A DNA stretch of 61,717 bases from an uncultured Bacteroidales bacterium (GTDB lineage: Bacteria > Bacteroidota > Bacteroidia > Bacteroidales > P3), in NCBI GenBank assembly GCA_946542135.1, contig CAMNKG010000001.1, positions 1-61,717 of the forward strand, written 5' to 3'. A model generated the notes under the pieces. It ran no database searches and was not told the origin of the DNA. It saw only the letters and a program-made list of their open reading frames with translations. Positions 43,547-51,836 of this stretch are shown here, one piece after another; positions within the stretch are counted from its first letter, which is position 1, and every line of letters starts with the position of its first letter. Position numbers and translations under genes: made by a program.

Positions 43547-43606
43547 TCACTGGTCACTGGTCACTAATCACTATTCACTATTCACTAATCACTATTCACT
43601 AATCAA
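43547..43606. repeat. Heptanucleotide tandem array TCACTNN x8 plus a partial copy
   Basis: Reads TCACTGG x2, then TCACTAA, TCACTAT x2, TCACTAA, TCACTAT, TCACTAA, and finally TCAA. Confidence 0.9.
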
Positions 43607-43630
43607 TAGACGTTTATAGGGCTCGAAATC

Positions 43631-44107
43631 TTACAGCTGGCCGTTGTTTTTCTTTGCTTCGCGGTATTCGTCCACAATCATTATTATGACCCAGGCGAAG
43701 AGAAGCAGCAACGTAATCGCCAGAAAGACATACATCAGCGCCTCCGTCCACGGCCGCTGCCACAGGTCGTTGCAGTAGTCGAACAGGCCGTACAGCTCGA
43801 AGCAGAGCGTGATGACGGGCCACCAGACCAGGCGCGTGCGATGTATGTCGCTGACGCGCTCGTTCTTGCACCACTTCAGGCGGCCGTCGACCATCTGGAA
43901 GCCCCATTTGTAGTTCTTCATATTGGGCAGCCACGTGATGAACATTCCGCCGGCCAAAATCGCCAGCGAGTAGAACAGATAGCCGACAAAGAAGCCTGCA
44001 CCCTGCGACTTTATCTGCATAGCCATCAATATGTTGCCGGCTACAACAACCATCACCGCCAGCGTGCTGCCGACCATTCCTATCATTTTTTTGCTCTCTA
44101 TTGTCAT
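43631..44107 (-). CDS. Hypothetical 4-TM membrane protein
   Basis: 158 aa with four hydrophobic helices and a W/C-rich central loop (KWGFQMVDGRLKWCKNERV). It has a 4-nt overlap with the upstream gene. Confidence 0.6.
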   Translation of the reverse strand: MTIESKKMIGMVGSTLAVMVVVAGNILMAMQIKSQGAGFFVGYLFYSLAILAGGMFITWLPNMKNYKWGFQMVDGRLKWCKNERVSDIHRTRLVWWPVITLCFELYGLFDYCNDLWQRPWTEALMYVFLAITLLLLFAWVIIMIVDEYREAKKNNGQL

Positions 44108-44586
44108 AAAGCTTCTCCTTTCTTAAGTTGGCGTGCGGAACTGCCGATTCCAATAATGAATCCACTCAAAACTGGTACAGCAACAGCGATGCTGCTTATC
44201 ACATTGAACGACAGCAGCCAAAACGTGTCGGGCCATATCAAACCTAATGCATACAGCGGCACCATCATCGAGAACGACCATCCTGAGATACCCATCTGCA
44301 AGGCCTGTAGTCCTTCGTTGTCGCGCCGCATCTTGCGCGTCTCGCGGACAAAACGGCCCTTGCGCAACTTCAGCACTTTATATTCCTCCCCCGACTCGGC
44401 CCTTCGCAGCGTCATCCAGTCGCCCACCAGACACACCACGCCGACAAACAAAGAAATACAGAACACATAGGCGAACACCTTGATATTCTCGCCCCTTATA
44501 CCGATGAAGCCCAGCAAAGCGCCCACCAGGTAGTTAAGCAGTGCCAGCGCTGCCAGAACGATAGTCGCGATTCTTATTTTATTCAT
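44104..44586 (-). CDS. Hypothetical 4-TM membrane protein
   Basis: I trimmed the start to MNKIRIATIVLAALALL (ATG 44586). It has four helices and a basic central loop (KLRKGRFVRETRKMRR). Its start overlaps the end of the RHH gene. Confidence 0.6.
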   Translation of the reverse strand: MNKIRIATIVLAALALLNYLVGALLGFIGIRGENIKVFAYVFCISLFVGVVCLVGDWMTLRRAESGEEYKVLKLRKGRFVRETRKMRRDNEGLQALQMGISGWSFSMMVPLYALGLIWPDTFWLLSFNVISSIAVAVPVLSGFIIGIGSSARQLKKGEAL

Positions 44587-44809
44587 TGCTGCCTCCCTCC
44601 TTTTCAGGGTTATTATTTCCCCCCTTTTCGGGCGCATTCGGAGCCTCGCCCCTACGGTTGGCGCTCTTCGGATGCCGCTTGGCCTTCTTGAGGGCTTCGG
44701 ACAAAATCCACTCTATCTGACCGTTGGTGCTGCGGAACTCGTCCGCAGCCCAACGCTCGATAGCATCGTAGACTTCACTGTCCACCCTTAGAGCAAAGGT
44801 TTTCTTCAT
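44579..44809 (-). CDS. Arc/MetJ-type ribbon-helix-helix DNA-binding protein
   Basis: 76 aa. The N-terminal MKKTFALRVDSEVYDAIERWAADEFRSTNGQIEWILSEAL fits a strand-helix-helix pattern, and the tail looks disordered. Confidence 0.7.
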   Translation of the reverse strand: MKKTFALRVDSEVYDAIERWAADEFRSTNGQIEWILSEALKKAKRHPKSANRRGEAPNAPEKGGNNNPEKEGGSNE

Positions 44810-44812
44810 AGT

Positions 44813-45805
44813 TTAATAAATACTTCCCGTATTGATAACTGGCGAAGCGCTTTCGTCGGCGCAGAGGACGACGAGCAGGTTGCTCACCATCGTGGCTTTC
44901 TTTTCTTCGTCGAGCTGCACCACCTCGCGCTCGCTCAGCTTGTTCAGTGCCAGCTCGACCATCGACACGGCACCTTCCACAATCTTCTCGCGGGCCGAGA
45001 TGATGGCGTCGGCCTGCTGGCGGCGCAGCATCACGCTGGCGATTTCGGCGGCATAGGCCAGATAGTTGATGCGGGCCTCGACAATCTCGATGCCGGCGAT
45101 GCTGAGACGGCTGCGCAACTCGTCCTCAAGTTGCGTATTGATCTCCTCGGCGCCGCTACGCAGGGTCAGCTCGCTGCTGTTGTGGTCGATGTTGTCGTAG
45201 GCATAGTGGCCCGCCACCTTGCGCAAGGCGGCGTCGCTCTGCACGTGCACAAAGCTGTCGTAGCCCTTCAGCTGCTGCTGGTTGGTCTGCTGCACCTGTT
45301 CGCCGTGCTGCGCATTGGAGGTCAGTGTGTCCACATCGATGTCGAACACAGCCTTGTAGGTGTCGGCGATTTTCCATACCAGCACCAGACCGATCATTAT
45401 CGGGTTGCCGTTCTTGTCGTTGACCTTGATGGGCGGCACATCCATGTTGCGTGCACGCAGCGATATGCGGCGTTTGGCATAGAAGGGGTTGACCCAGAAG
45501 AAGCCGTTCTGGCGCACCGTGCCGCTGTAGCGGCCGAAGAACGTCAGCACACGGCTCTGGTTGGGCTGGATGATCATAAAACCGATGCAGTGCAGGAGGT
45601 AGACGAACAGCATCACGATGCCGCCAAGGATGGGCAGCAGGATGAGCGCCGTCGGCTCGCCGGTCGCCGGGTCGATCATTGCGTCGAGGCTGGCCATCCA
45701 GATGATTAGCAACACAAAGCCCACCAGCATTGCCAGATTGAGGAAAAGATGCAAGAATCCGTTGTTCTTGCCCGTCAGTTGTCTGTTAAATTCTTTTGTT
45801 TCCAT
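44813..45805 (-). CDS. SPFH/Band-7 domain membrane protein
   Basis: 330 aa with two N-terminal TM helices, then an SPFH-like core (VLTFFGRYSGTVRQNGFFWVNPF...) and a coiled-coil C-terminus. Confidence 0.8.
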   Translation of the reverse strand: METKEFNRQLTGKNNGFLHLFLNLAMLVGFVLLIIWMASLDAMIDPATGEPTALILLPILGGIVMLFVYLLHCIGFMIIQPNQSRVLTFFGRYSGTVRQNGFFWVNPFYAKRRISLRARNMDVPPIKVNDKNGNPIMIGLVLVWKIADTYKAVFDIDVDTLTSNAQHGEQVQQTNQQQLKGYDSFVHVQSDAALRKVAGHYAYDNIDHNSSELTLRSGAEEINTQLEDELRSRLSIAGIEIVEARINYLAYAAEIASVMLRRQQADAIISAREKIVEGAVSMVELALNKLSEREVVQLDEEKKATMVSNLLVVLCADESASPVINTGSIY

Positions 45806-45872
45806 TTTGTTTGGTATTAAAATGTTTTTGATTTAATAATCTGTGTTTTATTTATTTTGAAGAATTTTTATT

Positions 45873-45893
45873 GTGATATCAATTTGATATCAC
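45873..45893. promoter_or_regulatory. Perfect 21-bp palindrome GTGATATCAA-T-TTGATATCAC (candidate operator)
   Basis: 10-bp arms with no mismatch. It starts 5 nt downstream of the -7 box of the SPFH operon promoter, so it spans the expected transcription start. Confidence 0.5.
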
Positions 45894-45897
45894 TTTG

Positions 45898-45928
45898 CAA
45901 AAGTACAAACATTTTTGAAACTACCAAA
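45898..45928 (-). promoter_or_regulatory. Candidate promoter of the SPFH-RHH operon
   Basis: On the minus strand, TTTG (plus-strand 45925-45928), 19 nt of spacer, then TACTTTTG (plus-strand 45898-45905). Confidence 0.55.
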
Positions 45929-46068
45929 AAAAAATAGAAAAAAAAGCTACTTTTTTAAAAAATAGTTTTGATTATATCGATGAGAATTAGGGGGAATATA
46001 ATTGAGTGCTATTTACGATGTCGCGGGCGCAATGGGGTCCATTGTAACTGGGAGACTGTGATAAAAGC

Positions 46069-46099
46069 ACCGATGATATGGTGTAAGAATATCATCGGT
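46069..46099 (-). terminator. Hairpin downstream of the TatD gene
   Basis: ACCGATGATAT (46069-46079) pairs with ATATCATCGGT (46089-46099). The minus-strand RNA continues GCUUUUAUC, so the U-tract is weak. Confidence 0.45.
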
Positions 46100-46148
46100 T
46101 AGATATAAAACTGTTTCTTAATCGAAATGGGAGTGTATAAACCGTCTA

Positions 46149-46946
46149 TTACAGTCTGAACAGTTCTTTGGCGGCAGCCGTTGTCACCTCACCGACTTGT
46201 TCGACCGTAGTCCCTTTGATGTCGGCTATTTTTTGCGCCACAGCGGTCAGGTAGGCGCTCTCGTTGCGTTTGCCACGGTAGGGAACGGGAGCCAAGTAGG
46301 GGCAATCTGTCTCTAAGACTATTTTCTCTAACGGAACTACTTCTACTATATGGGGCAATAGGGATTTCTTATAAGTGACAACGCCTCCTATCCCTAACAT
46401 AAAGCCCATGGCTATGGCTTGTTGTGCATCGTCGGGCGTGCCGCTGAAGCAGTGCATGATGCCGGCATGCTTGCCCAGATTGTGGTGTTCCAGCAGTCGG
46501 AACGCGGCTTGATAGGCGTCGGTCTCTGCTGCACCGTCTTTGCCGTTGCGCAGATGTAACACTACAGGTTTTGCAAGCGTTTCGGCCCAATTGAGTTGTT
46601 GGTCTAAGGCTTCCAGCTGCTGTTCCTTGTACTGTGTGTCCCAGTAGAAGTCAAGACCTACCTCGCCAACGCCAATATAATGGTCGGGGTCTGTCATCAG
46701 GAGTCTTTGGGCTAAAGAGAGATCTTCGATATAATTGTCATCCACCGAGGTGGGGTGCAGCCCCATCATTTGTCGGAAGAGGTCGGGCCGGCTGGCGGAT
46801 AGCTCTTCTTGCCGCGCGTAGCTCTCCTTGTCGATGGCGGGCAGCAGTATGGTGCTGATTCCGGCTGCTTCGGCTCGCGCAAGCACCTCGCTGCGGTCGG
46901 CGTCGAATTCTTCTGCGTAGAGATGGCTGTGGGTGTCAATAAGCAT
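46149..46946 (-). CDS. TatD family metal-dependent hydrolase
   Basis: 265 aa with N-terminal MLIDTHSHLY and the conserved His/Asp pattern (HCFSG, ETDCPYL). Confidence 0.9.
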   Translation of the reverse strand: MLIDTHSHLYAEEFDADRSEVLARAEAAGISTILLPAIDKESYARQEELSASRPDLFRQMMGLHPTSVDDNYIEDLSLAQRLLMTDPDHYIGVGEVGLDFYWDTQYKEQQLEALDQQLNWAETLAKPVVLHLRNGKDGAAETDAYQAAFRLLEHHNLGKHAGIMHCFSGTPDDAQQAIAMGFMLGIGGVVTYKKSLLPHIVEVVPLEKIVLETDCPYLAPVPYRGKRNESAYLTAVAQKIADIKGTTVEQVGEVTTAAAKELFRL

Positions 46947-47709
46947 GGGTCTTCTCCTCGATGATTTCGGTAAGCAGGTCGTATAGCTTTAGCAGCTTCT
47001 CGTCGTCGCCAATCAGCCGCCTCTGGTTTTCGATGGTCTTGGTGTCTCTGCGCCGTGCGGGCCCTGTCTGTTGCTGCCATAACCCTCCGCGCCGGATTTT
47101 CTCTGCCGTCATGGTGATAAGGGGATGCAGGATCTCGAAGGGTATGTCGTGCTGCTTCAGAAGGTCTTGCGCCAACGCGTTGACGGCATTGCCGAAATTG
47201 TTGGTCATCACGGCGGCAAGGTGCAGCCACTGCCGTTGTTGGGTGTCGATGGTGTAGATATGCTGGCTGACGGGTTGCAGAAGGTCTCTTATCTGGCTTT
47301 CCACTTCGGCTGTAGACCCTTCTATGCAGAATGGCAGCTGGCTATAGTCCATGGCGACATCGCGGATGAATGTCTGCGGCGACCAGATGACGCCGTGGCG
47401 CCTGCTGATGGGACGAAGCACACTGAGCGAGACGGAGCCGGCAGTGTGAAGCACCAGGCTGTCTCTCATCCGCAGGTCTAATGCAATGTCGAACAAGGCA
47501 TCGTCGGATACGGCCACGACTACTACATCGGCTATCGGGTACAGCAGACGCAACTTGTCGACGGGTTCGGCGTAGACCTGGTTGGCCAGATGCTCCGCAT
47601 GGTCGTATTCGCGTGACCATATCTGCAGTATCTGGTAGCCTGCCTGATAGAACGCTTTGGCAAGGTGGGTGCCCACATTGCCGGAGCCTATGACGGTGAT
47701 GGTTTTCAT
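46936..47709 (-). CDS. Rossmann-like / DUF2520 domain protein
   Basis: 257 aa. The N-terminal ITVIGSGNVGTHLA is a dinucleotide-binding motif, and the C-terminal half has a DUF2520-like pattern (TGPARRRD). Confidence 0.75.
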   Translation of the reverse strand: MKTITVIGSGNVGTHLAKAFYQAGYQILQIWSREYDHAEHLANQVYAEPVDKLRLLYPIADVVVVAVSDDALFDIALDLRMRDSLVLHTAGSVSLSVLRPISRRHGVIWSPQTFIRDVAMDYSQLPFCIEGSTAEVESQIRDLLQPVSQHIYTIDTQQRQWLHLAAVMTNNFGNAVNALAQDLLKQHDIPFEILHPLITMTAEKIRRGGLWQQQTGPARRRDTKTIENQRRLIGDDEKLLKLYDLLTEIIEEKTHAY

Positions 47710-47731
47710 GGTGCGTGTCGCCTTTTGTTAT

Positions 47732-47764
47732 AAAAAAAGGAACAGACGCTGCGCCTGTCCTTTT
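47732..47764. terminator. Imperfect hairpin flanked by A7/T4 (terminator of the DUF2795 gene)
   Basis: GGAACAG pairs with CTGTCC with one bulge. The minus-strand RNA ends in U7. It lies 30 nt beyond the stop at 47795. Confidence 0.45.
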
Positions 47765-47794
47765 CTGTTCATGATGTCTGCCTGATGACGTAAA

Positions 47795-48016
47795 TCAATA
47801 TTCGTCTTCTTGGAAAAAGAAGTCTTCTTTTGTGGGATAGTCGGGCCAGATGTCCTCTATGCTGTCGTAGGTGTCGCCCTCGTCTTCTATTTCCTGAAGG
47901 TTCTCTATCACCTCCATGGGTGCTCCCGTGCGTTGCGCATAGTCGATCAACTCTTCTTTGTTGGCTGGCCACGGTGCGTCTTCAAGCTTGGATGCTAATT
48001 CTAATGTCCAATACAT
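47795..48016 (-). CDS. DUF2795-like small acidic protein
   Basis: 73 aa. The WPANKEELIDYAQRTGAPMEVIENLQEI pattern resembles DUF2795. Confidence 0.65.
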   Translation of the reverse strand: MYWTLELASKLEDAPWPANKEELIDYAQRTGAPMEVIENLQEIEDEGDTYDSIEDIWPDYPTKEDFFFQEDEY

Positions 48017-48126
48017 AGTGCTTTTCGTTTTTTTTTGATTTGCAATCTCAATAGGTTGAGAACGTGAATGTTGTTTTGCTTCTTTTTAAAAATTCAATTC
48101 TTGTAACGTTACGGTGTCCTAAATTA

Positions 48127-48711
48127 TTATTCAGCAGACCAAAAATTTTCTTCTTTCTGTTCGATGAATAGTATATATCTCGATGCAACAAACAGGTAAT
48201 CAGACAGTCTGTTGATGTATTGAAGCGGTTGCCCCTCGATTTTTTCGTGCTGGGCGAGTGTCACTGTACGTCGCTCGGCTCTCCGGCATACGGTCCTGGC
48301 CACATGGGCTTGGGCGGAGGCTTCGCTGCCTCCGGGAATGACGAAGCTGTTCAGCTTGGGCAGCTGGGCGTCCATGCCGTCAATCCATTGCTCCAGGTTG
48401 CTGATGGCGGAGTCGTCAAGGTGCGGAAGCTTCTCGTAGATGTCGGCACGCTCCGTGGCAAGAAGGGTTTGGATCACAAAGAGGTGGTTCTGGATTTTCT
48501 TGAGTTGAAGGTGCAGGGTCTCTAACTTGCCGGCATTTTCGGTTCGGGCGGGGCCTCCGTTGGCTTTTTTCAACATCTCGGCCAAAAGCCCTACCTGGGC
48601 GTTGAGTTCGTCGACGGTGCCGTAGGCCTCCACGCGAACATCGTTCTTGTCTACCCGTTGTCCTCCTACTAACGAGGTGGTTCCCTTGTCTCCTGTTTTG
48701 GTGTATATCAT
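48127..48711 (-). CDS. Cob(I)yrinic acid a,c-diamide adenosyltransferase, PduO type
   Basis: 194 aa with N-terminal IYTKTGDKGTTSL and the EAYGTVDELNAQVG motif. Confidence 0.85.
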   Translation of the reverse strand: MIYTKTGDKGTTSLVGGQRVDKNDVRVEAYGTVDELNAQVGLLAEMLKKANGGPARTENAGKLETLHLQLKKIQNHLFVIQTLLATERADIYEKLPHLDDSAISNLEQWIDGMDAQLPKLNSFVIPGGSEASAQAHVARTVCRRAERRTVTLAQHEKIEGQPLQYINRLSDYLFVASRYILFIEQKEENFWSAE

Positions 48712-48727
48712 TGTGCGATGTATGTTA

Positions 48728-48973
48728 TCAGACTTTCTCCACGCTCTTCACTTCGGGAATGGCTTTCTTGATGGCGCTTTCAATGCCTTGTTTCAGGGTC
48801 TGCATGGCATGTGGGCACGATCCGCAGTGCCCCTGCAGGCGTACCATGACGACTCCTTCATTGGTCATGTCTACATACTCTACGTCGCCGCCATCCTGTT
48901 GCAGGTATGGACGTATCTGGCTGAGAGCGTTTTGCACTTTTTTCTCGATGAGGGTTTTTTCTTGGTCGGTCAT
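48728..48973 (-). CDS. NifU C-terminal-domain (Nfu-type) Fe-S protein
   Basis: 81 aa with IRPYLQQDGGDVEYV and the CGSCPHA (CxxC) motif. Confidence 0.8.
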   Translation of the reverse strand: MTDQEKTLIEKKVQNALSQIRPYLQQDGGDVEYVDMTNEGVVMVRLQGHCGSCPHAMQTLKQGIESAIKKAIPEVKSVEKV

Positions 48974-49066
48974 AGGGTCTTTTTGTTGGTGTTTTCTGGT
49001 ATGTTTTGTTAGTGGGATAGGAGGGATGCTTTGGCAGGTCGCCGTCCCTCCTATGCGCCGGTTTCT

Positions 49067-50140
49067 CTATTTGGCTGCAAGCTTGCAGATTTCCTTGATG
49101 GTGTTCTCTGCCAGACGGTCAAAGGCTTCGCTTTCGGGTGTGGGCTGGTCGCTCCACAGCGCCACGGGTTTGCCGCTGTCGCCGCTCTCGGCAATGCTCT
49201 GCACCAAGGGTATCTCGCCAAGCAGCGGTATGCCCATCTCTTCCGACAGTTTGCTGCAGCCTTCTTTGCCGAAGATGTAGTATCTGTTGTTGGGCAGTTC
49301 GGCTGGGGTGAAGTATGCCATGTTCTCCACAAAACCCAGCACGGGTATGTTGATGTTGGGGTTTTGGAACATCTCAACGCCGCGCACTACGTCGGCCAGG
49401 GCTACCTGTTGTGGCGTGCTGACGATGATGGCTCCGCTGACGGGCAGGGTCTGCGCTATGGTAAGCTGGATGTCGCCCGTTCCGGGAGGCATGTCGACGA
49501 CCAGGTAGTCTATCTCGTCCCACCAGGTCTCGGTGAGCAGTTGCTTTAAGGCTCCGCTGGCCATGGGGCCTCGCCATACCATGGCTTTGTCGGGGTCTAC
49601 GAGAAAGCCGACAGACATAAGCTTGACGTTGTATTTGAAGATGGGCGACATGTAGGTCTTGCCGTTGTGCTCTTCGCCATAGATGTCGTGGTCGGTGATG
49701 TTGAACATGATGGGGATGGAGGGCCCGTAGATGTCGGCATCGATGAGACCTACCTTGGCGCCTGTCTTGGCCAGCGATACGGCCAGGTTGACGGCTACGG
49801 TGGACTTGCCTACACCGCCTTTGCCACTGGCTACGAGGATGGTGTGCTTGATGTTGGGGAACATCTCCTCGGGTTTGGGCTGGCGGACTTGCCGCGAGGT
49901 GAGGTTTACCTCCACTTCGGCGTGGCGGTCTACATATTCGTGTATGGCATTGATGCAGTCTTCTTTCATCTTTGACTTCATGGGACATGACGGCGTGGTC
50001 AGCACCAAATCGAATTTGACTTTCATTCCGTCAATGGTGATGTTCTCGATCATTCCCAATTGCGTCAGGCTCTGTCCGAGGTCGGGGTCGTCGACATGCG
50101 ACAGCGCCATTTCAATCATTGTCTTGGTTATTGCACTCAT
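49067..50140 (-). CDS. Mrp/NBP35 (ApbC-type) Fe-S cluster carrier ATPase
   Basis: 357 aa with an N-terminal DUF59-like segment, P-loop ASGKGGVGKST and the VVDMPPGTGD motif. Confidence 0.9.
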   Translation of the reverse strand: MSAITKTMIEMALSHVDDPDLGQSLTQLGMIENITIDGMKVKFDLVLTTPSCPMKSKMKEDCINAIHEYVDRHAEVEVNLTSRQVRQPKPEEMFPNIKHTILVASGKGGVGKSTVAVNLAVSLAKTGAKVGLIDADIYGPSIPIMFNITDHDIYGEEHNGKTYMSPIFKYNVKLMSVGFLVDPDKAMVWRGPMASGALKQLLTETWWDEIDYLVVDMPPGTGDIQLTIAQTLPVSGAIIVSTPQQVALADVVRGVEMFQNPNINIPVLGFVENMAYFTPAELPNNRYYIFGKEGCSKLSEEMGIPLLGEIPLVQSIAESGDSGKPVALWSDQPTPESEAFDRLAENTIKEICKLAAK

Positions 50141-50265
50141 TATTCTTTATATGTTGTTTCTTCCCTCTAAACGGCTTTGGGCTGTTGTTTATTGTTGCTG
50201 TTCTGTAAGTTTTTTGCTTGAATACAATGGAGATGCCCTCAAACGGTCTGATACAGAATGTTATC

Positions 50266-50703
50266 CTATCTGTTTTTTGTCTCGCAACGGACTATCTTCT
50301 CCAGTATCTCGCTGTGGTCGAAAGCCAGCGGCGGCAGCTCGTCGAGGTTGAACCACCGTGTTTCGGCAGCGTCGTCACCGCCTTGCGGGTGGTGGCTCGC
50401 GGGATTGATATGGGCCACAAAGATCACGCTGACTGTGCGGCCCCGCGGATCGCGCCCTTCGCGCGAGGCGACGTGCGCCATGCGCAGCGCTATGCCGGTG
50501 AGGCCCGTCTCTTCTTCCAACTCGCGGGCGGCAGTGTGCTCTATGTCGGCATCGGTCATGTCGAAAAAACCGCCAGGGAAGGCCCAATGGTCTTTGTAGG
50601 GCTCGCGGCCGCGTCGGATGAGCAGCACTTTTGTGGTGCTGGTGTCAAAGACTACGATGTCGGCGGTAAGCGACGGCCGGGGGTATTGGTAGGTGTAGCT
50701 CAT
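50266..50703 (-). CDS. NUDIX hydrolase
   Basis: I trimmed the start to MSYTYQYPRPS (ATG 50703). The Nudix box reads GGFFDMTDADIEHTAARELEEETGL. Confidence 0.8.
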   Translation of the reverse strand: MSYTYQYPRPSLTADIVVFDTSTTKVLLIRRGREPYKDHWAFPGGFFDMTDADIEHTAARELEEETGLTGIALRMAHVASREGRDPRGRTVSVIFVAHINPASHHPQGGDDAAETRWFNLDELPPLAFDHSEILEKIVRCETKNR

Positions 50704-50708
50704 GGTGC

Positions 50709-51824
50709 CTATTCTCCAAAAAGTTCTTTCAGTTTGTTCTCCAATTCCCGCCCTCTCAGATTGCGGGCTATTATTCTGCCTTCCCGATCCAGAAGGACGG
50801 TGCTGGGCACCGACGTGATGCCGTAGGCCGCTCCGCCTGTCGACGTCCATCCGTTAAGGTCGCTGACGTGGTTCTCCCACACCAGCCCGTCTTGGCTGAT
50901 GGCCTTGACCCACTCGTCTCTGCTTTTGTCCAACGAGACACTGTATATCTCGAACCCTTTGCTATGGTATTGGTGATACAGCTTCACGACGTTGGGATTC
51001 TCCATGCGGCAGGGACGGCACCAGCTGGCCCAAAAGTCGATCATCACAATCTTGCCTCTCAGGTCGCTCAGCTTTCGCGTCTGGCCTTCGGGGTCTTTCA
51101 TGGCTATCTCTGGCGCCAGTTTGCCGGGAGCAAGGCTCGTCTTCACTTTGGAACTGACATGCTGCACAAACTGGTTGTCGCCGTATTTCTTGCTCAGCCC
51201 GCGCTCTATCGATTCGTAGAGGTCGATGTAGGTCTCAAGGTCGTTTTCAAAATAGGTGACCAGAAAGGCACTGACCAGCACGTCGCTATTGTCGCTCAGC
51301 AGCTTGCGGATGGCTATGTTGGCCGAGGTATGCAGCTGCTGGAATTCGTCGGCTATCTCCATTTTCCGGCTGTTGCTGGCACTGCGTGTCCGGTATTCGC
51401 TGTCCAGCTTTTTGGCTTGCTTGTTGAACTGGTACAGCTGCTGGTTGAAGGATTGGTATACGGCGACATCGCGTGAACCTTTGGCATCAAGCAAACGCAA
51501 GTATTCCTGCTCGCTGTCGTAGCCTATGGTTATCTGGATGTTGTCTTTGGGATGCAGCATGATGTGCACCACGCTCTGTCCAAAGCTTGGCGACCCTATC
51601 AGAAAGAGCGCCGGCTGGTCGAGGACTACTTCGTATTTGAAGGTGTTGCCTTTGTCTATCTTTACGGTGTCGGGTATTATGCTGGAGTTGACTATTTTGC
51701 TCACAATGATTTCGGTTACGCCTGTTGTGGCTTTGTCGAGGGTTCCCTTGACTACAGCCTTCTGAGCCTGTGTGCTTCCTATGGCAAAGGCTATGCATAG
51801 GGCAAGAATGATTGTTCTTTTCAT
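50709..51824 (-). CDS. TlpA-family thiol-disulfide oxidoreductase with N-terminal accessory domain
   Basis: 371 aa with a signal peptide and the C-terminal thioredoxin fold FWASWCRPC. Confidence 0.8.
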   Translation of the reverse strand: MKRTIILALCIAFAIGSTQAQKAVVKGTLDKATTGVTEIIVSKIVNSSIIPDTVKIDKGNTFKYEVVLDQPALFLIGSPSFGQSVVHIMLHPKDNIQITIGYDSEQEYLRLLDAKGSRDVAVYQSFNQQLYQFNKQAKKLDSEYRTRSASNSRKMEIADEFQQLHTSANIAIRKLLSDNSDVLVSAFLVTYFENDLETYIDLYESIERGLSKKYGDNQFVQHVSSKVKTSLAPGKLAPEIAMKDPEGQTRKLSDLRGKIVMIDFWASWCRPCRMENPNVVKLYHQYHSKGFEIYSVSLDKSRDEWVKAISQDGLVWENHVSDLNGWTSTGGAAYGITSVPSTVLLDREGRIIARNLRGRELENKLKELFGE

Positions 51825-51836
51825 GACGGTAGGTGT

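Noticed and set aside
43423-43557. 45-codon N-terminal extension of the NatA-like ATPase (longest ORF 42646..43557)
   Set aside because: The extension is only the translation of the 23-bp tandem repeat (NIQHVNVSTFNISTYQHSTYQRINIST). The ATPase fold begins at MDEILRVEG, as in other ABC ATPases.
43423-43606. CRISPR array (also considered for 53527..53670)
   Set aside because: The repeats are contiguous, with no unique spacers between them. The units are only 7-24 bp long, and there are no cas genes.
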